A DNA stretch of 50,230 nt, from the IMG/VR virus record IMGVR_UViG_3300027743_000008, positions 1-50,230 of that record; one strand, written 5' to 3'. The DNA is from a virus. Its lineage: Duplodnaviria; Caudoviricetes. The notes under the pieces are model-generated. The model did not search any database and had not been told where the DNA came from. It was given only the letters and a program-made list of their open reading frames with translations. Each line of letters opens with the position of its first letter. Position 1 is the stretch's first letter. The translations under genes were made by a program, and so were the position numbers. This document shows, in pieces, positions 22,492-31,685 of the stretch.

Positions 22492-25068
22492 TCATTGTCC
22501 CCCGCCATGAACATTGGGGTCGTAGTCGACGATGTTCGGCGACGACTGCCGCGACGGCGCGCGACGGTCGTAGCCCAGCGCCTTCAATTGCGCGGTCATC
22601 TGCGGGGTTATCAGGTTGTTGTTGGCGAGTGCGTCGTAGATGCCGCTCATCGCGATCTGCCGCTGGTCAGCCTTGAGCGCCCGTGTCTCCTCGTCGTCTC
22701 CGTCCTGATCGATGAAGCGATAACCCAGCGCTACGTTTTCGTAGTTCTGGATCGCCGCGCCGGAGTTGATGCGGCCCTCGGAGTTGATGAAGGTCGAGGC
22801 CAGCGCCATGAACTGCCGCGTCGAGTTGTCGGTGCCGTAGTGCTTGATCATGGCGTCGAAGAAGCCGACGTCGGCGCTGGAGCCGCTGCCTCGGGAAGCC
22901 GCCCACTGCCGATACCACGGCGGGGCCGTGTGGGCCTTGAGGGCCTGATCGGCAGCTGCCGCTTCCTGCAACCAAAGCCACGCCCGGTCTTGGAACTCGG
23001 TGCGGTCTTTCCCCACCCCCGGCACGATGATCTTGTAGCCGGACGTGCCAAGCACGGAGCCGTCGCCCTGTGTCCCGACCGGCGGGCCAGCCGTCGGCAC
23101 GATGTTCTGAGGGTCGATTGGTTGTGTAGACGGGGCCTGCACGTTGGCAGTGTCCTGCGCCACCGGCAGCGGTGGCGCGGCATTGGGGTCGGCGGCGGGC
23201 TGCGTGACCTGCTGCGCGGAAACCTCTGGAGACACGGGCGCTGGCGCGGTCGCCGCCGGTAGGATGATCCCCGCACGGCGGGCAACGTCTTGCGGCTTCG
23301 GGTACATCGACAGGTTTCGACCCGGCACCTCGATGCCGACGGTCTCCTTGCCATTCTTGCCATCGACCTGCCGCATCTCGACGTGCGGCACAGACAGCTT
23401 GTTGTAGATCAGGTCGTAGTTGGTAGCGTCCTCCGGCGTGATGACGGCCTGTGGGTCGCGTACCTTCAGAGACACGTCGCGGATGATCGTCTCCTGCTCG
23501 TTGTCGGAACCGGCGAGCGGATCGGCCGGGGCCGGTTCCGGAACGCCGGGAACCTTGGTCGCCGTGGCCGTGCCGCCGTCCGCGCCGGAGGTCACTTGGA
23601 CAAGGCTGGAACCCTTGGCGACGGACTGGAGGTTGGGCGGGGCGACCGGACCCGGCAGCTTGCGCATGATGTCGTTGCCGTCCGCGTCCTTGTCGTACAT
23701 CCAGACTTCACCGTTGATCACTTGTGTCGTCTTCTTGATGTCCGGGTTGGCTGTCTCCTTGGCGATGTCGGCATTCGCCGCCGCCATCGTGCCGATGTCG
23801 TCGGAGCGTCCCGCCACCATCGTCGTGTTCGGGGCATGGCCCAGCAGCGCCATCGACTGGCGCAGCTTGTCTCCGTTGCTCGGGTCGCCATAGGTGAGAC
23901 CTGCGGTGCCGAGAAGCTTGTTGAGCGTCCCGGCCGGATCGCCAGTCTGGATGGCCATCTTGGCGATGCCGGACCATTCCTCCTCGGACAGCGCGACCGG
24001 GCCGACGGCCTTCTGGACCTCCTCGGCCACGGCCTTGGTGACTGCCGGGTGCGGCCTACCCTCGTTCGGGTCGGTGAACTCGCCCGCTCCGGGCGCGACC
24101 ATAGGCTCGACCGGCACCGGCATCTCCGGGTCCAGCGTGGCGTCCGGGGGATTGCCCGGCAGCACGTTGAGCGGGCCGTCGACGCTGCGCAGCCCCGGCT
24201 GCGGGGCCGGGGTTGCCGCGACCGGCGGCGTCATGGCTTCGAGGTCGACCGGCACCGGCACGTCGCCCGCGAAACCCGCCTGCGTCGGGAAGTAGGGAGA
24301 CAGGTCGGCCGGGACGTCCGGCTCCGGGGACGGACCCAGCGCCAGCACGGGGGCCGGAGGCTCGTCGTAGGCCGGGCGCAGGCCCTCTTCCATGTCGCGC
24401 TGGCGCAGGTCGCGCAGGATCGAGCTGATCACCGTCGCGTCTTCCGTGCGGTTGCTGGCGGGCAGGCCGGGGCGTCCGGGGAACGGGCCGACGCCCGCCG
24501 GGGACTGGGTGAGGACTTCGTCGAGCTGCGGTTGCGGACGGCCGGGGAACGGCCCCACCGGAGCGCCGGGTCCGACGTCGGGTCGGCCGGGGAAGCCGCC
24601 GGAAACGATCTGGTCGACGATGTCTGGCTCGACCGGCACCGGGTACGAGTTGTCGGAGACAGCGCCGGGTCGTGCCGGGAACGCCGAGATGATCTGGTCG
24701 CCCGGACGATCCGCCGGGACCGGCGCGTATGGGTCAGGCCCAAGCTCGACCGCCACCGGGGCTTCGGTCGGGGCCGGTCCCGGCCGCTGCGCCGTCGTGA
24801 TGTAGTCCCGCGCCAGCTTGGTCATCGGGGCGACGCCAGCTTCGTTGTACTGGAGTTCCTGCTCCTTCAGGGCCTCCTGCGAACGGATGTAGTCCTCGTT
24901 GGCCCTGATCTGGGCGCGCTGGTATTCGTCGGTGGCGAGGTCGGACTGGAGCCGCGCGAACTTCATCTCGCGGTCGGGGTCGCCGAACAGCGCCTTGGCG
25001 AACACGTTGGCGACCGACGTGTCGGGTCCACCGCCGCCGTCGTTTATTCTTACGCCCATGATCGCCAA
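22492..25068 (-). CDS. Pro-rich internal virion / ejection protein
   Basis: 858 aa ORF, GGAG 8 nt before a TTG start; contains repeated PFPGRP motifs; operon position. Confidence 0.65.
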   Translation of the reverse strand: MAIMGVRINDGGGGPDTSVANVFAKALFGDPDREMKFARLQSDLATDEYQRAQIRANEDYIRSQEALKEQELQYNEAGVAPMTKLARDYITTAQRPGPAPTEAPVAVELGPDPYAPVPADRPGDQIISAFPARPGAVSDNSYPVPVEPDIVDQIVSGGFPGRPDVGPGAPVGPFPGRPQPQLDEVLTQSPAGVGPFPGRPGLPASNRTEDATVISSILRDLRQRDMEEGLRPAYDEPPAPVLALGPSPEPDVPADLSPYFPTQAGFAGDVPVPVDLEAMTPPVAATPAPQPGLRSVDGPLNVLPGNPPDATLDPEMPVPVEPMVAPGAGEFTDPNEGRPHPAVTKAVAEEVQKAVGPVALSEEEWSGIAKMAIQTGDPAGTLNKLLGTAGLTYGDPSNGDKLRQSMALLGHAPNTTMVAGRSDDIGTMAAANADIAKETANPDIKKTTQVINGEVWMYDKDADGNDIMRKLPGPVAPPNLQSVAKGSSLVQVTSGADGGTATATKVPGVPEPAPADPLAGSDNEQETIIRDVSLKVRDPQAVITPEDATNYDLIYNKLSVPHVEMRQVDGKNGKETVGIEVPGRNLSMYPKPQDVARRAGIILPAATAPAPVSPEVSAQQVTQPAADPNAAPPLPVAQDTANVQAPSTQPIDPQNIVPTAGPPVGTQGDGSVLGTSGYKIIVPGVGKDRTEFQDRAWLWLQEAAAADQALKAHTAPPWYRQWAASRGSGSSADVGFFDAMIKHYGTDNSTRQFMALASTFINSEGRINSGAAIQNYENVALGYRFIDQDGDDEETRALKADQRQIAMSGIYDALANNNLITPQMTAQLKALGYDRRAPSRQSSPNIVDYDPNVHGGGQ

Positions 25069-25080
25069 GGTCGTGTCTCC

Positions 25081-25890
25081 CTAGAATATGCGGGCTTGCG
25101 GGATCGCGGTCGTCGTCGTCGGCAGGAACGAGGGACGCGCCGTCGGGATGATGCCGGTGGTCGCCGGACCCGATAGTGAACTGGACCCTCCGCCATACGC
25201 GGTCCCCAGCCCCTGCGCCCCGACCGACAGCGCCGTCGAGAAGATGTCGGCGAGCGGCGACGGCGTGAACTGGACCTGCACCGGCTCGACATTTCTCTCG
25301 CTGGCGAACGCGCCTAGCGAGCCGGTCCTGAACGCGTTGAACTTGTCGATGTCCGATCCGGTCTGTTGCTGGATCAGCGGGTTCATCGTGCCGAGGCCGC
25401 CGAAGCTTTCCCCGAACGAGGAGACCTTGGCGAGCGCGCCGATCCGCTGCGAGGCCCCGGCAGCGGCTTCCGAAATCTTCTTGGCGAGGTCGGTCTGCAC
25501 CAGCGGGTCGCTGCCCTGCTGGCCGGACAGCATCGCCTTGTCGGCCTCGGCCTGCGGCACTCCTGTCTCCGGCGTCGCCACCGAGGCGTCCCCCTTGCCC
25601 GCGAGGTACTCGGCGAGGCGCGCTTCCTCCGCCTTCTGCCGCTCGCTCTGGGCGTCGCCCGCGACCTGCGCGAGGCCCTCGACACGCGCCTTGTCGGCAC
25701 CCTGACGCAGCTCTTCCTGTCTCACTTGCTCGGCGGCGCGGTCCTTCTTCTGCTGCTGCTGCCAGATGCTGACCTCTTGCTGCTGCTTCTTCTGGGCGGA
25801 GCGTTGGCCCATCGCGTTGGCGGCGGTGCCAGCCGCGCCGATCACCGTCGACGCCAGAGACGCGATGCCGATCATTGTTGGGTCGCACAT
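25081..25890 (-). CDS. Internal virion protein (MCxP N-terminus, T7 gp14-like position)
   Basis: MCDPT start, hydrophobic Gly/Ala segment followed by a Gln-rich coiled coil. Confidence 0.72.
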   Translation of the reverse strand: MCDPTMIGIASLASTVIGAAGTAANAMGQRSAQKKQQQEVSIWQQQQKKDRAAEQVRQEELRQGADKARVEGLAQVAGDAQSERQKAEEARLAEYLAGKGDASVATPETGVPQAEADKAMLSGQQGSDPLVQTDLAKKISEAAAGASQRIGALAKVSSFGESFGGLGTMNPLIQQQTGSDIDKFNAFRTGSLGAFASERNVEPVQVQFTPSPLADIFSTALSVGAQGLGTAYGGGSSSLSGPATTGIIPTARPSFLPTTTTAIPQARIF

Positions 25891-25902
25891 GGTCCCTGTC
25901 TC

Positions 25903-26859
25903 CTAGACGATGCGTTGGGCGGGTTTCGGCAGTCCGCCGACCTTCTTGGCGAAAGCCGCGTTGTCGGCACCCTGAAGGAACTTCGCGCCGCCGATGGCGG
26001 CAATATTGAAGATGTCTCCCAGCGGCGTCGTCGACGGCTTCTCGGCGGTGATGTTGGTGACCGCGTGGGTGGCTTGGTTTGCGGCGACGTCCGGGTTCTC
26101 GGTGGCGAAAAGCTGGCTGGTCGCCTTGGCCTCCTCGCCCGCGACACGGGTCCGAAGATCGGCAGCCGCGCTGTCGGCCTTGGAGCGGACGTCGGCGGTG
26201 TTGAGGGCGTTCTGCTTGGCGAGATCGGCGACCAGTTCGTTGGCGGCGCTTGAGCGCAGCGTCCCGGCGTCGGCCAGCCGGAAAGTCGTCTCCTTTCTGG
26301 CGTCGGCGTATTTATCGGCGACCTGCGGCTGGTAGAAGTCGAGGATGCCTTGTTTGAAAGTATTGTAGAAATCGTCGCCGATGCCGCCCGTGATCTTGCC
26401 GTTGCCGACGCTGGCGGAGACGACGTCGCCGCGCTTGTAGATTTTGCCGTCCGGGCCTTTGATGTAAATCCCGGCCTCGCGCCCCGGCACTGCGGTGACC
26501 TCCGGAGTTCCGGGAAGCCTGCCGCCCTCACGCATATCGCCACCGCTGGTCTGGAACATGCGCGGCGCGCCCGGCATCGCCGCACGCCCTTGCACGGCGG
26601 CGACGGCGGGGAGGTCGACGAAGCTGTACCCGGACATGCCCGGCACCGCCCCCGCCTTCTGCGTCGGGCTTACGGTACCCCAGTCGAAGGTCTTGTTGAC
26701 CTTGCCCTCGGTGCCGTGGAAGGCCCCCTTGATGCGGGCGAGACCGGAGTTGATGCGCGCCTGCCGCTCGGCGGCTTTCTTGCGCGCGTCGGCAGCCTCG
26801 TCCTTCTGCATCTGGATCATTTCGCGGGAGGAGCTGTCGTCTCCGCCTTTTTTGCCCAT
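25903..26859 (-). CDS. Internal virion protein
   Basis: MGKKGG start after AGGAG; Ala-rich helices; follows the GNAT genes. Confidence 0.68.
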   Translation of the reverse strand: MGKKGGDDSSSREMIQMQKDEAADARKKAAERQARINSGLARIKGAFHGTEGKVNKTFDWGTVSPTQKAGAVPGMSGYSFVDLPAVAAVQGRAAMPGAPRMFQTSGGDMREGGRLPGTPEVTAVPGREAGIYIKGPDGKIYKRGDVVSASVGNGKITGGIGDDFYNTFKQGILDFYQPQVADKYADARKETTFRLADAGTLRSSAANELVADLAKQNALNTADVRSKADSAAADLRTRVAGEEAKATSQLFATENPDVAANQATHAVTNITAEKPSTTPLGDIFNIAAIGGAKFLQGADNAAFAKKVGGLPKPAQRIV

Positions 26860-26861
26860 GA

Positions 26862-27380
26862 TCAAAAGCTCCTGATCAACTGCTTGGACCCGGCGTCGCG
26901 GAAGCCAAGCTTGAGAAACATGTTGCGCAGCGAGGCTGTCTCGCGCTCCATCCCGGCGTCGAGCAGGGCGTCGAAGCAGACAGCGCCGTCGGCTCGCGCC
27001 ACCTCCAGCGCCAGCGTCGCCAACACGCGCCCGACGGCGGAGCGCCGCCACTGCTTGCGCACGTAAATCTGGTTGAGGTGGGCAATCGGCTCGGTCGTGT
27101 AGCGGCTGTCCAAGAGGTAGCTGACCGCTCCGATCAGTTCCTTGCTGCTCCTGACGATGGCGACGAGGTGGGGAAGATTTCCGGTGCTGATGCCGTTGAA
27201 CAGCCACACCCACGCGCCTTTCGGGTCGAACGTCAGACCACGCTCGCCGTAGCCACTCTCGGCGAAGAAAATGGTGTAGAGGCCGATGAGGGCGTCGATG
27301 TCTCCCGGCACGGCAGCGCGGAACTCATAGATGTCGACGGCTTGGGCTAAGAGCTTGGCGTGGTCAGGGGCTTGGTTCAC
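26862..27380 (-). CDS. GNAT-family acetyltransferase
   Basis: FRAA..GDIDAL, IYVRKQWRRSAVGR.L and F.KLGF motifs. The start (GTG at 27380) is uncertain. Confidence 0.8.
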   Translation of the reverse strand: MNQAPDHAKLLAQAVDIYEFRAAVPGDIDALIGLYTIFFAESGYGERGLTFDPKGAWVWLFNGISTGNLPHLVAIVRSSKELIGAVSYLLDSRYTTEPIAHLNQIYVRKQWRRSAVGRVLATLALEVARADGAVCFDALLDAGMERETASLRNMFLKLGFRDAGSKQLIRSF

Positions 27381-27837
27381 GGTTGTCGATCCGCTCGAAG
27401 AGGATGACCTCTCCATGCCGGGTGCCAATATCCCGTGTCGTGGCCCTCGGGACGAAGCCGAGGTGGCGGAGCCAAGCTTGCGAAAGCGTGTTGCCGGGGT
27501 TGACGGCGCAGACGGCGCGATAGACCCCGGCCCTGTGTAGCTGCGGGATCATAATCCTGCGAATGAATTTCGTCACGCTCCTGACGGCGGGCCAGCCGCG
27601 CTCGGTCTTGAAGCCCCAGACGACGGCGAAATTCTTCGACGCCTTGGCCCCGAAAGCCATCACGGGGGTGGCCTCGTCGAGCGCGACGAACTTGAATTTG
27701 CTCTCCCATGCGTCGTTGGCGAGGGAGACATAGTCATCAGGGTCTCTGGTCAGGGCGAGTTCCTCGCGGTCCTCCTCGCACAGCCACGAGCCTATGTAAG
27801 TAAGGTCGTCATATGTGGCTGCGTTGACCGTGATCAT
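27364..27837 (-). CDS. GNAT-fold virion assembly protein (T7 gp13-like)
   Basis: L.EEDREEL...N..S.AWL..LGF pattern; directly after the nozzle gene. Confidence 0.7.
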   Translation of the reverse strand: MITVNAATYDDLTYIGSWLCEEDREELALTRDPDDYVSLANDAWESKFKFVALDEATPVMAFGAKASKNFAVVWGFKTERGWPAVRSVTKFIRRIMIPQLHRAGVYRAVCAVNPGNTLSQAWLRHLGFVPRATTRDIGTRHGEVILFERIDNREPSP

Positions 27838-29354
27838 GCCTCGTCGTCCGCAATCGAGTAGTGGACCGCGCAGTTGGAGATCGTCGCGGGCAGCGCATCG
27901 CTGTTGTAGAAGCGCAGCGAGAAGTGGCTGTCGTAGCCCTGCATCTCGCTCGCGCCGATGTTCCACGTCGGCTTGTCGATGGTGCCGATCACCTCTTCCT
28001 GCTCGGGGTCGGACGGGTCGTAGGAGACAGCAACCTCCCACGCCCCGGTCGGCATCGGGTTGCCCCACGTACTGTTGACGGTGGCGTCGAAAGCCTGAAA
28101 CGTCTTCTTGTGGCCGGGTTTCTTGCCGTCGAGATACGGCATCCGCACCTCGACGGCGCGCGGGCCGAGGTCGGCGTAAGCCTTGCCATCCGTGCCGCCG
28201 TAAACCCACAGGCGGTTGAGGCTGTCCTTCAAGAAAATACGGCCTCCGGCAGTGGCGGCATAGGTGACGTCGTAGCCGTCGAGTTCGGGAAGCGTGAAGC
28301 GCGACCACGCCGTGATCTTGGGGCCGGGGAAGTAGGACAGCACCAGTATCTCGTCGGGGAACACCATCCAGAAGCGGCCGATGACCGGCTCCAGTATGGC
28401 TACCGCCTTGTCGAGATAGGCTTGGCCCTTGCCCACCGCCAGCAGGATTTCGTTGATCGCCGGGTCGATGGGCGAGCCGATGTCGGAGACGGAGGCGGAG
28501 TTGGAGCTGTCCTTGGCCTTCAGCGACCTGACGCCGGAAGCGTCGAGGAACAGCACGTCGCCGGAGCCGTACTGGAGCGGAGACCTCTGCGCAGAGGTTC
28601 CCGAGCCGCGCAGCAACTGGTCGAAGGCATTCTGTGCCGGGTCGGCGGCGACCGCCCATATCTGCGTCGCCCGTGTCGAGAAGATCGCCAGCTTGTCGTA
28701 ATAGACCTCGACGGATTTGAGGTTCTCGCTGGCGGCGTCGGTGAGCGACAGGTTGATGAAGCCCGAGCCGTTGCTGGTGCCGGTCCACACCATCGGATCG
28801 CCGACGGCGGAGAAGGACAGCAGGCGGCCATTGGCCACGTTGGGAGGGTTCACCGAATAGATTTTCGACTTGAAGGTGCGGATGAAGAAGCCCTTGCCGG
28901 TTCCCTCGGTCAGAACGCCGTCGTAGAGCGTCGTCGAGCCGCCGCGTGAGCCGACATAGTAGTGTGGGTTAATGGTCGCCGACGTGACTTGTGCGAGGTC
29001 GCGGCAGGCGAGATAGACGCGACCATCGAAGATATCGTAATCGCTCTGCTGCAACGTGAGACTGGCGTTGGGTATCTTGGCCCCTTTCAGGGTGACGTTA
29101 GGAACCTCCCACGTCGACGGCAGGCCCGGATCGACATTGCGCCCGAATATCCAGAGCGAACTTTCCGTCGCCGCCAGCCCGAAGGTGTCTGGAGCCAGTG
29201 CCGCGACCTGCGTGAAGGCGCGGCGCTTGGAGAGTTCCCCGCCCGGCGTCACGACGACGTTGACCAGCTTCGTCAGGGTTCCGGCCGGAGACGTCAGCGG
29301 GGACTTACGGTTGTCCTGCCCGGCCGCGAAGTTGTCGATTATTTGATAGGTCAT
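27834..29354 (-). CDS. Tail nozzle / DNA stabilization protein (P22 gp10 or T7 gp12-like)
   Basis: NFAAG...N.V....G.L.KR N-terminus, beta-rich, ITAWSR; follows the adaptor gene. Confidence 0.75.
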   Translation of the reverse strand: MTYQIIDNFAAGQDNRKSPLTSPAGTLTKLVNVVVTPGGELSKRRAFTQVAALAPDTFGLAATESSLWIFGRNVDPGLPSTWEVPNVTLKGAKIPNASLTLQQSDYDIFDGRVYLACRDLAQVTSATINPHYYVGSRGGSTTLYDGVLTEGTGKGFFIRTFKSKIYSVNPPNVANGRLLSFSAVGDPMVWTGTSNGSGFINLSLTDAASENLKSVEVYYDKLAIFSTRATQIWAVAADPAQNAFDQLLRGSGTSAQRSPLQYGSGDVLFLDASGVRSLKAKDSSNSASVSDIGSPIDPAINEILLAVGKGQAYLDKAVAILEPVIGRFWMVFPDEILVLSYFPGPKITAWSRFTLPELDGYDVTYAATAGGRIFLKDSLNRLWVYGGTDGKAYADLGPRAVEVRMPYLDGKKPGHKKTFQAFDATVNSTWGNPMPTGAWEVAVSYDPSDPEQEEVIGTIDKPTWNIGASEMQGYDSHFSLRFYNSDALPATISNCAVHYSIADDEA

Positions 29355-30059
29355 TCAGCTTTGCCAGAGCAGGTTTCGGTTGGTCCGGGTGAGGCTTGAG
29401 TTCGGCACGCCCCCGCCCAGCGTCGCGACCTTGTTCTTGGCGGAAATCTTGTTGCCGAGCATCTTGGTCAGGTGGCGCTGCGCCTTCTGCATCTTGGTGG
29501 TGGCGTCTTCGGCCTTCGCTCTGGCCAGCAGCTCGGCGGCGGTGAACAGGACGATGGTCGTGGCGTCGATGGTGGGGAGGTCGCTGTCGGAGACAAACGA
29601 CTGCAAGGCGCTCTGTATCTTGAAGCGCACGTAGTTCCCGGCGGCGTTGGGCGTCGGGTAGACGCGGAACTGCGTGGCGGAGGAGACATCCCACGCCTGC
29701 ACCGGGTCGGCGCGGCTGTCGTTGTCGAACGTCCCCGGCTTGATGACATCCTCGGGGATGCCGTAGCCGATCTCGTTCCAGTCGCTGCCGGGGCTGCTCG
29801 TCGCGAATGCTTGTCTGACCATGTCGAACGTCACGGCGGGCGACGACGGGAACGGGTAGAGATACTGCCCTGCCGCCATCGCGATGTCGGCACGGCCGGA
29901 GAGTTCCGGCCACACGAACGCGACCCAGAGTTCCTCCTGCGTGCGGGCCAGCAGGTATTTCAGCGTCTCAAGCTGGTTGGTCCCCTGCGCTGGAGACAGC
30001 GCGTGGCCTGCCTCGGCGCGCAGCCGCCGAACCATTTCGAGCAGCGTGGGCGCGGCCAT
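29355..30059 (-). CDS. Head-tail adaptor protein
   Basis: TL.EMV..LR.E.G, F.WP.L and VYPTP motifs; position after the capsid genes. Confidence 0.7.
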   Translation of the reverse strand: MAAPTLLEMVRRLRAEAGHALSPAQGTNQLETLKYLLARTQEELWVAFVWPELSGRADIAMAAGQYLYPFPSSPAVTFDMVRQAFATSSPGSDWNEIGYGIPEDVIKPGTFDNDSRADPVQAWDVSSATQFRVYPTPNAAGNYVRFKIQSALQSFVSDSDLPTIDATTIVLFTAAELLARAKAEDATTKMQKAQRHLTKMLGNKISAKNKVATLGGGVPNSSLTRTNRNLLWQS

Positions 30060-30064
30060 CGGGG

Positions 30065-30490
30065 CTACCTCTTCTTGGTGGCGATCTTGTCGGCCGGGGG
30101 ATCGAACGGCACGTCGTCCTCGGGTTCGCCCAGCGGCGGCGCGTAGCTGTTGGCGTTGGCCCCGGTGACCTCTGTCTCCCCGCTGATCGGGTTGATCCAC
30201 GTCACGCCGGGCCGGAGCGTCGCTTCGGGGGCTTCCATCTCGGAAGGGCCGGAGCGCCCGCCCCAGACGGCAGCGCACGGCGCGTCTCCGTAGATCAGGG
30301 AGAGCCGCTGGCGCTCGGCGCGCGAGGACTGCGGAACGGCGACGAACGGGATGATCTGGGTGACGGAGCCGTCGCCGTGCATGGCGCGGATGACTTCCAT
30401 CTCGGGCCACGAGATCGGGCTGTACTCGTCACGGATGGCGACGTTGCGGATGTCCTCGCCCAACGCGATGGTCGCCTTGCAGAAGTGCAT
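30065..30490 (-). CDS. Conserved hypothetical protein downstream of the capsid gene
   Basis: AGGAG upstream; ISWPE..VIRAMHG...E..RL...YG pattern. Confidence 0.7.
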   Translation of the reverse strand: MHFCKATIALGEDIRNVAIRDEYSPISWPEMEVIRAMHGDGSVTQIIPFVAVPQSSRAERQRLSLIYGDAPCAAVWGGRSGPSEMEAPEATLRPGVTWINPISGETEVTGANANSYAPPLGEPEDDVPFDPPADKIATKKR

Positions 30491-30502
30491 GGTGGTCTCC
30501 TG

Positions 30503-30530
30503 AAAAAGGCCGGGGCCGAATGGCCCCGGC
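30503..30530 (-). terminator. Rho-independent terminator after the major capsid gene
   Basis: GCCGGGGCC-ATTC-GGCCCCGGC followed by CTTTTT on the minus strand. Confidence 0.8.
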
Positions 30531-30547
30531 AGGTCACGCGATATCAA

Positions 30548-31663
30548 TCAAGCGATGTCGATAACGAGAGACGAGTTGAACTGCTTGCCGATGAGCTGGC
30601 AGGTCGAGGTGATCGACCGATACATGATGAACTTGTCGGCCGGACGCGCCGGGGTGTGCCGGTGCATCCACTCGTCCTCCATGCACATCAGCATGATCTT
30701 CTTGCTGTCGAACCAGTAGGCGCGCTTCGACAGGCCGAGGTCGTCGAGGGTCGGGTCGTAGACGACCTCCGTCCCGGCGAAGTTCATCGAACCCATCGCA
30801 CCATCCTGAGTGCCTTTGAAGCCACCCATCGAGTAGTTGCCGTTGGCCCTGATCTCCGTCTCCATCGCGCCGATGAAGGCAGACCCGGCGATGAACGTGT
30901 CAGGCTCGCCACCGTACTTGGTCAACTGCCGACGCTCGGACTGGAGTACCTGCAACAGAGCGCCGCCGTTGGCGATGTTGGAGGTGATCGCACCTCCGCC
31001 CCACGCCGCCAGCGCCGGGGTGCCGGTGACGAGGGTGCCGAAAGCCGCCGTGTAGGCGCGGTTCCTCCACCACTCGTTGCCCGCCGTGGCGCGGTTGATG
31101 CCGCCGACGATGCCGGTGGACGGCGTGTCGGAGATCAGCAGCTTGAGACCGGCGAGCGCCTTGGCGTCGGCGACACCGTCGCCGTAGAGCAGGGCGTTCA
31201 TCTTGCGGGCGTACTGCTCGCCGAGGTCGAACAGCTTGTCTTCGAGCAGGCCGACGAGGACCGTCATCTCGCGACGCGAATGCTCGGTCGTCTTCTCGCC
31301 GTTCGAGCCGGGATCGACGACGGAGATGCCGTCGATCTTCAGCTCGGTGTGGGTCATGGTGAGACCGATGTGATGCTCGCGCCACGGGTAGGCGGCACGC
31401 TTGATGTTGGCGGGCGTGTAGAAGACGACCTGATCGTCGTGGGTGTAGCCCTTGACGCTGTCGTTGACGCCAGCCGCGCCGAAAGCGCCGGAGACAGCAA
31501 TCGAGATGTCTCCCTTGCCGCCGGGAAAGTACTTCTTGCGGGAGACCATCTTGTCGAACAGCGGTCGCTTCTGAAGCGACTGCCGCCAGACGTCACCCTT
31601 GTCGAGATAGTAGTCCAGCGCCGCATTGGCGATGTTGGTGATTTCACCAGCCGTGAAGGCCAT
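30548..31663 (-). CDS. Major capsid protein
   Basis: 371 aa, after the scaffold gene and followed by a terminator; LYGDG...L.GL, GGINRAT..WW.N and YDPTLDD motifs. Confidence 0.88.
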   Translation of the reverse strand: MAFTAGEITNIANAALDYYLDKGDVWRQSLQKRPLFDKMVSRKKYFPGGKGDISIAVSGAFGAAGVNDSVKGYTHDDQVVFYTPANIKRAAYPWREHHIGLTMTHTELKIDGISVVDPGSNGEKTTEHSRREMTVLVGLLEDKLFDLGEQYARKMNALLYGDGVADAKALAGLKLLISDTPSTGIVGGINRATAGNEWWRNRAYTAAFGTLVTGTPALAAWGGGAITSNIANGGALLQVLQSERRQLTKYGGEPDTFIAGSAFIGAMETEIRANGNYSMGGFKGTQDGAMGSMNFAGTEVVYDPTLDDLGLSKRAYWFDSKKIMLMCMEDEWMHRHTPARPADKFIMYRSITSTCQLIGKQFNSSLVIDIA

Positions 31664-31685
31664 CGGAGGGAACCCTTTCTAGGGA

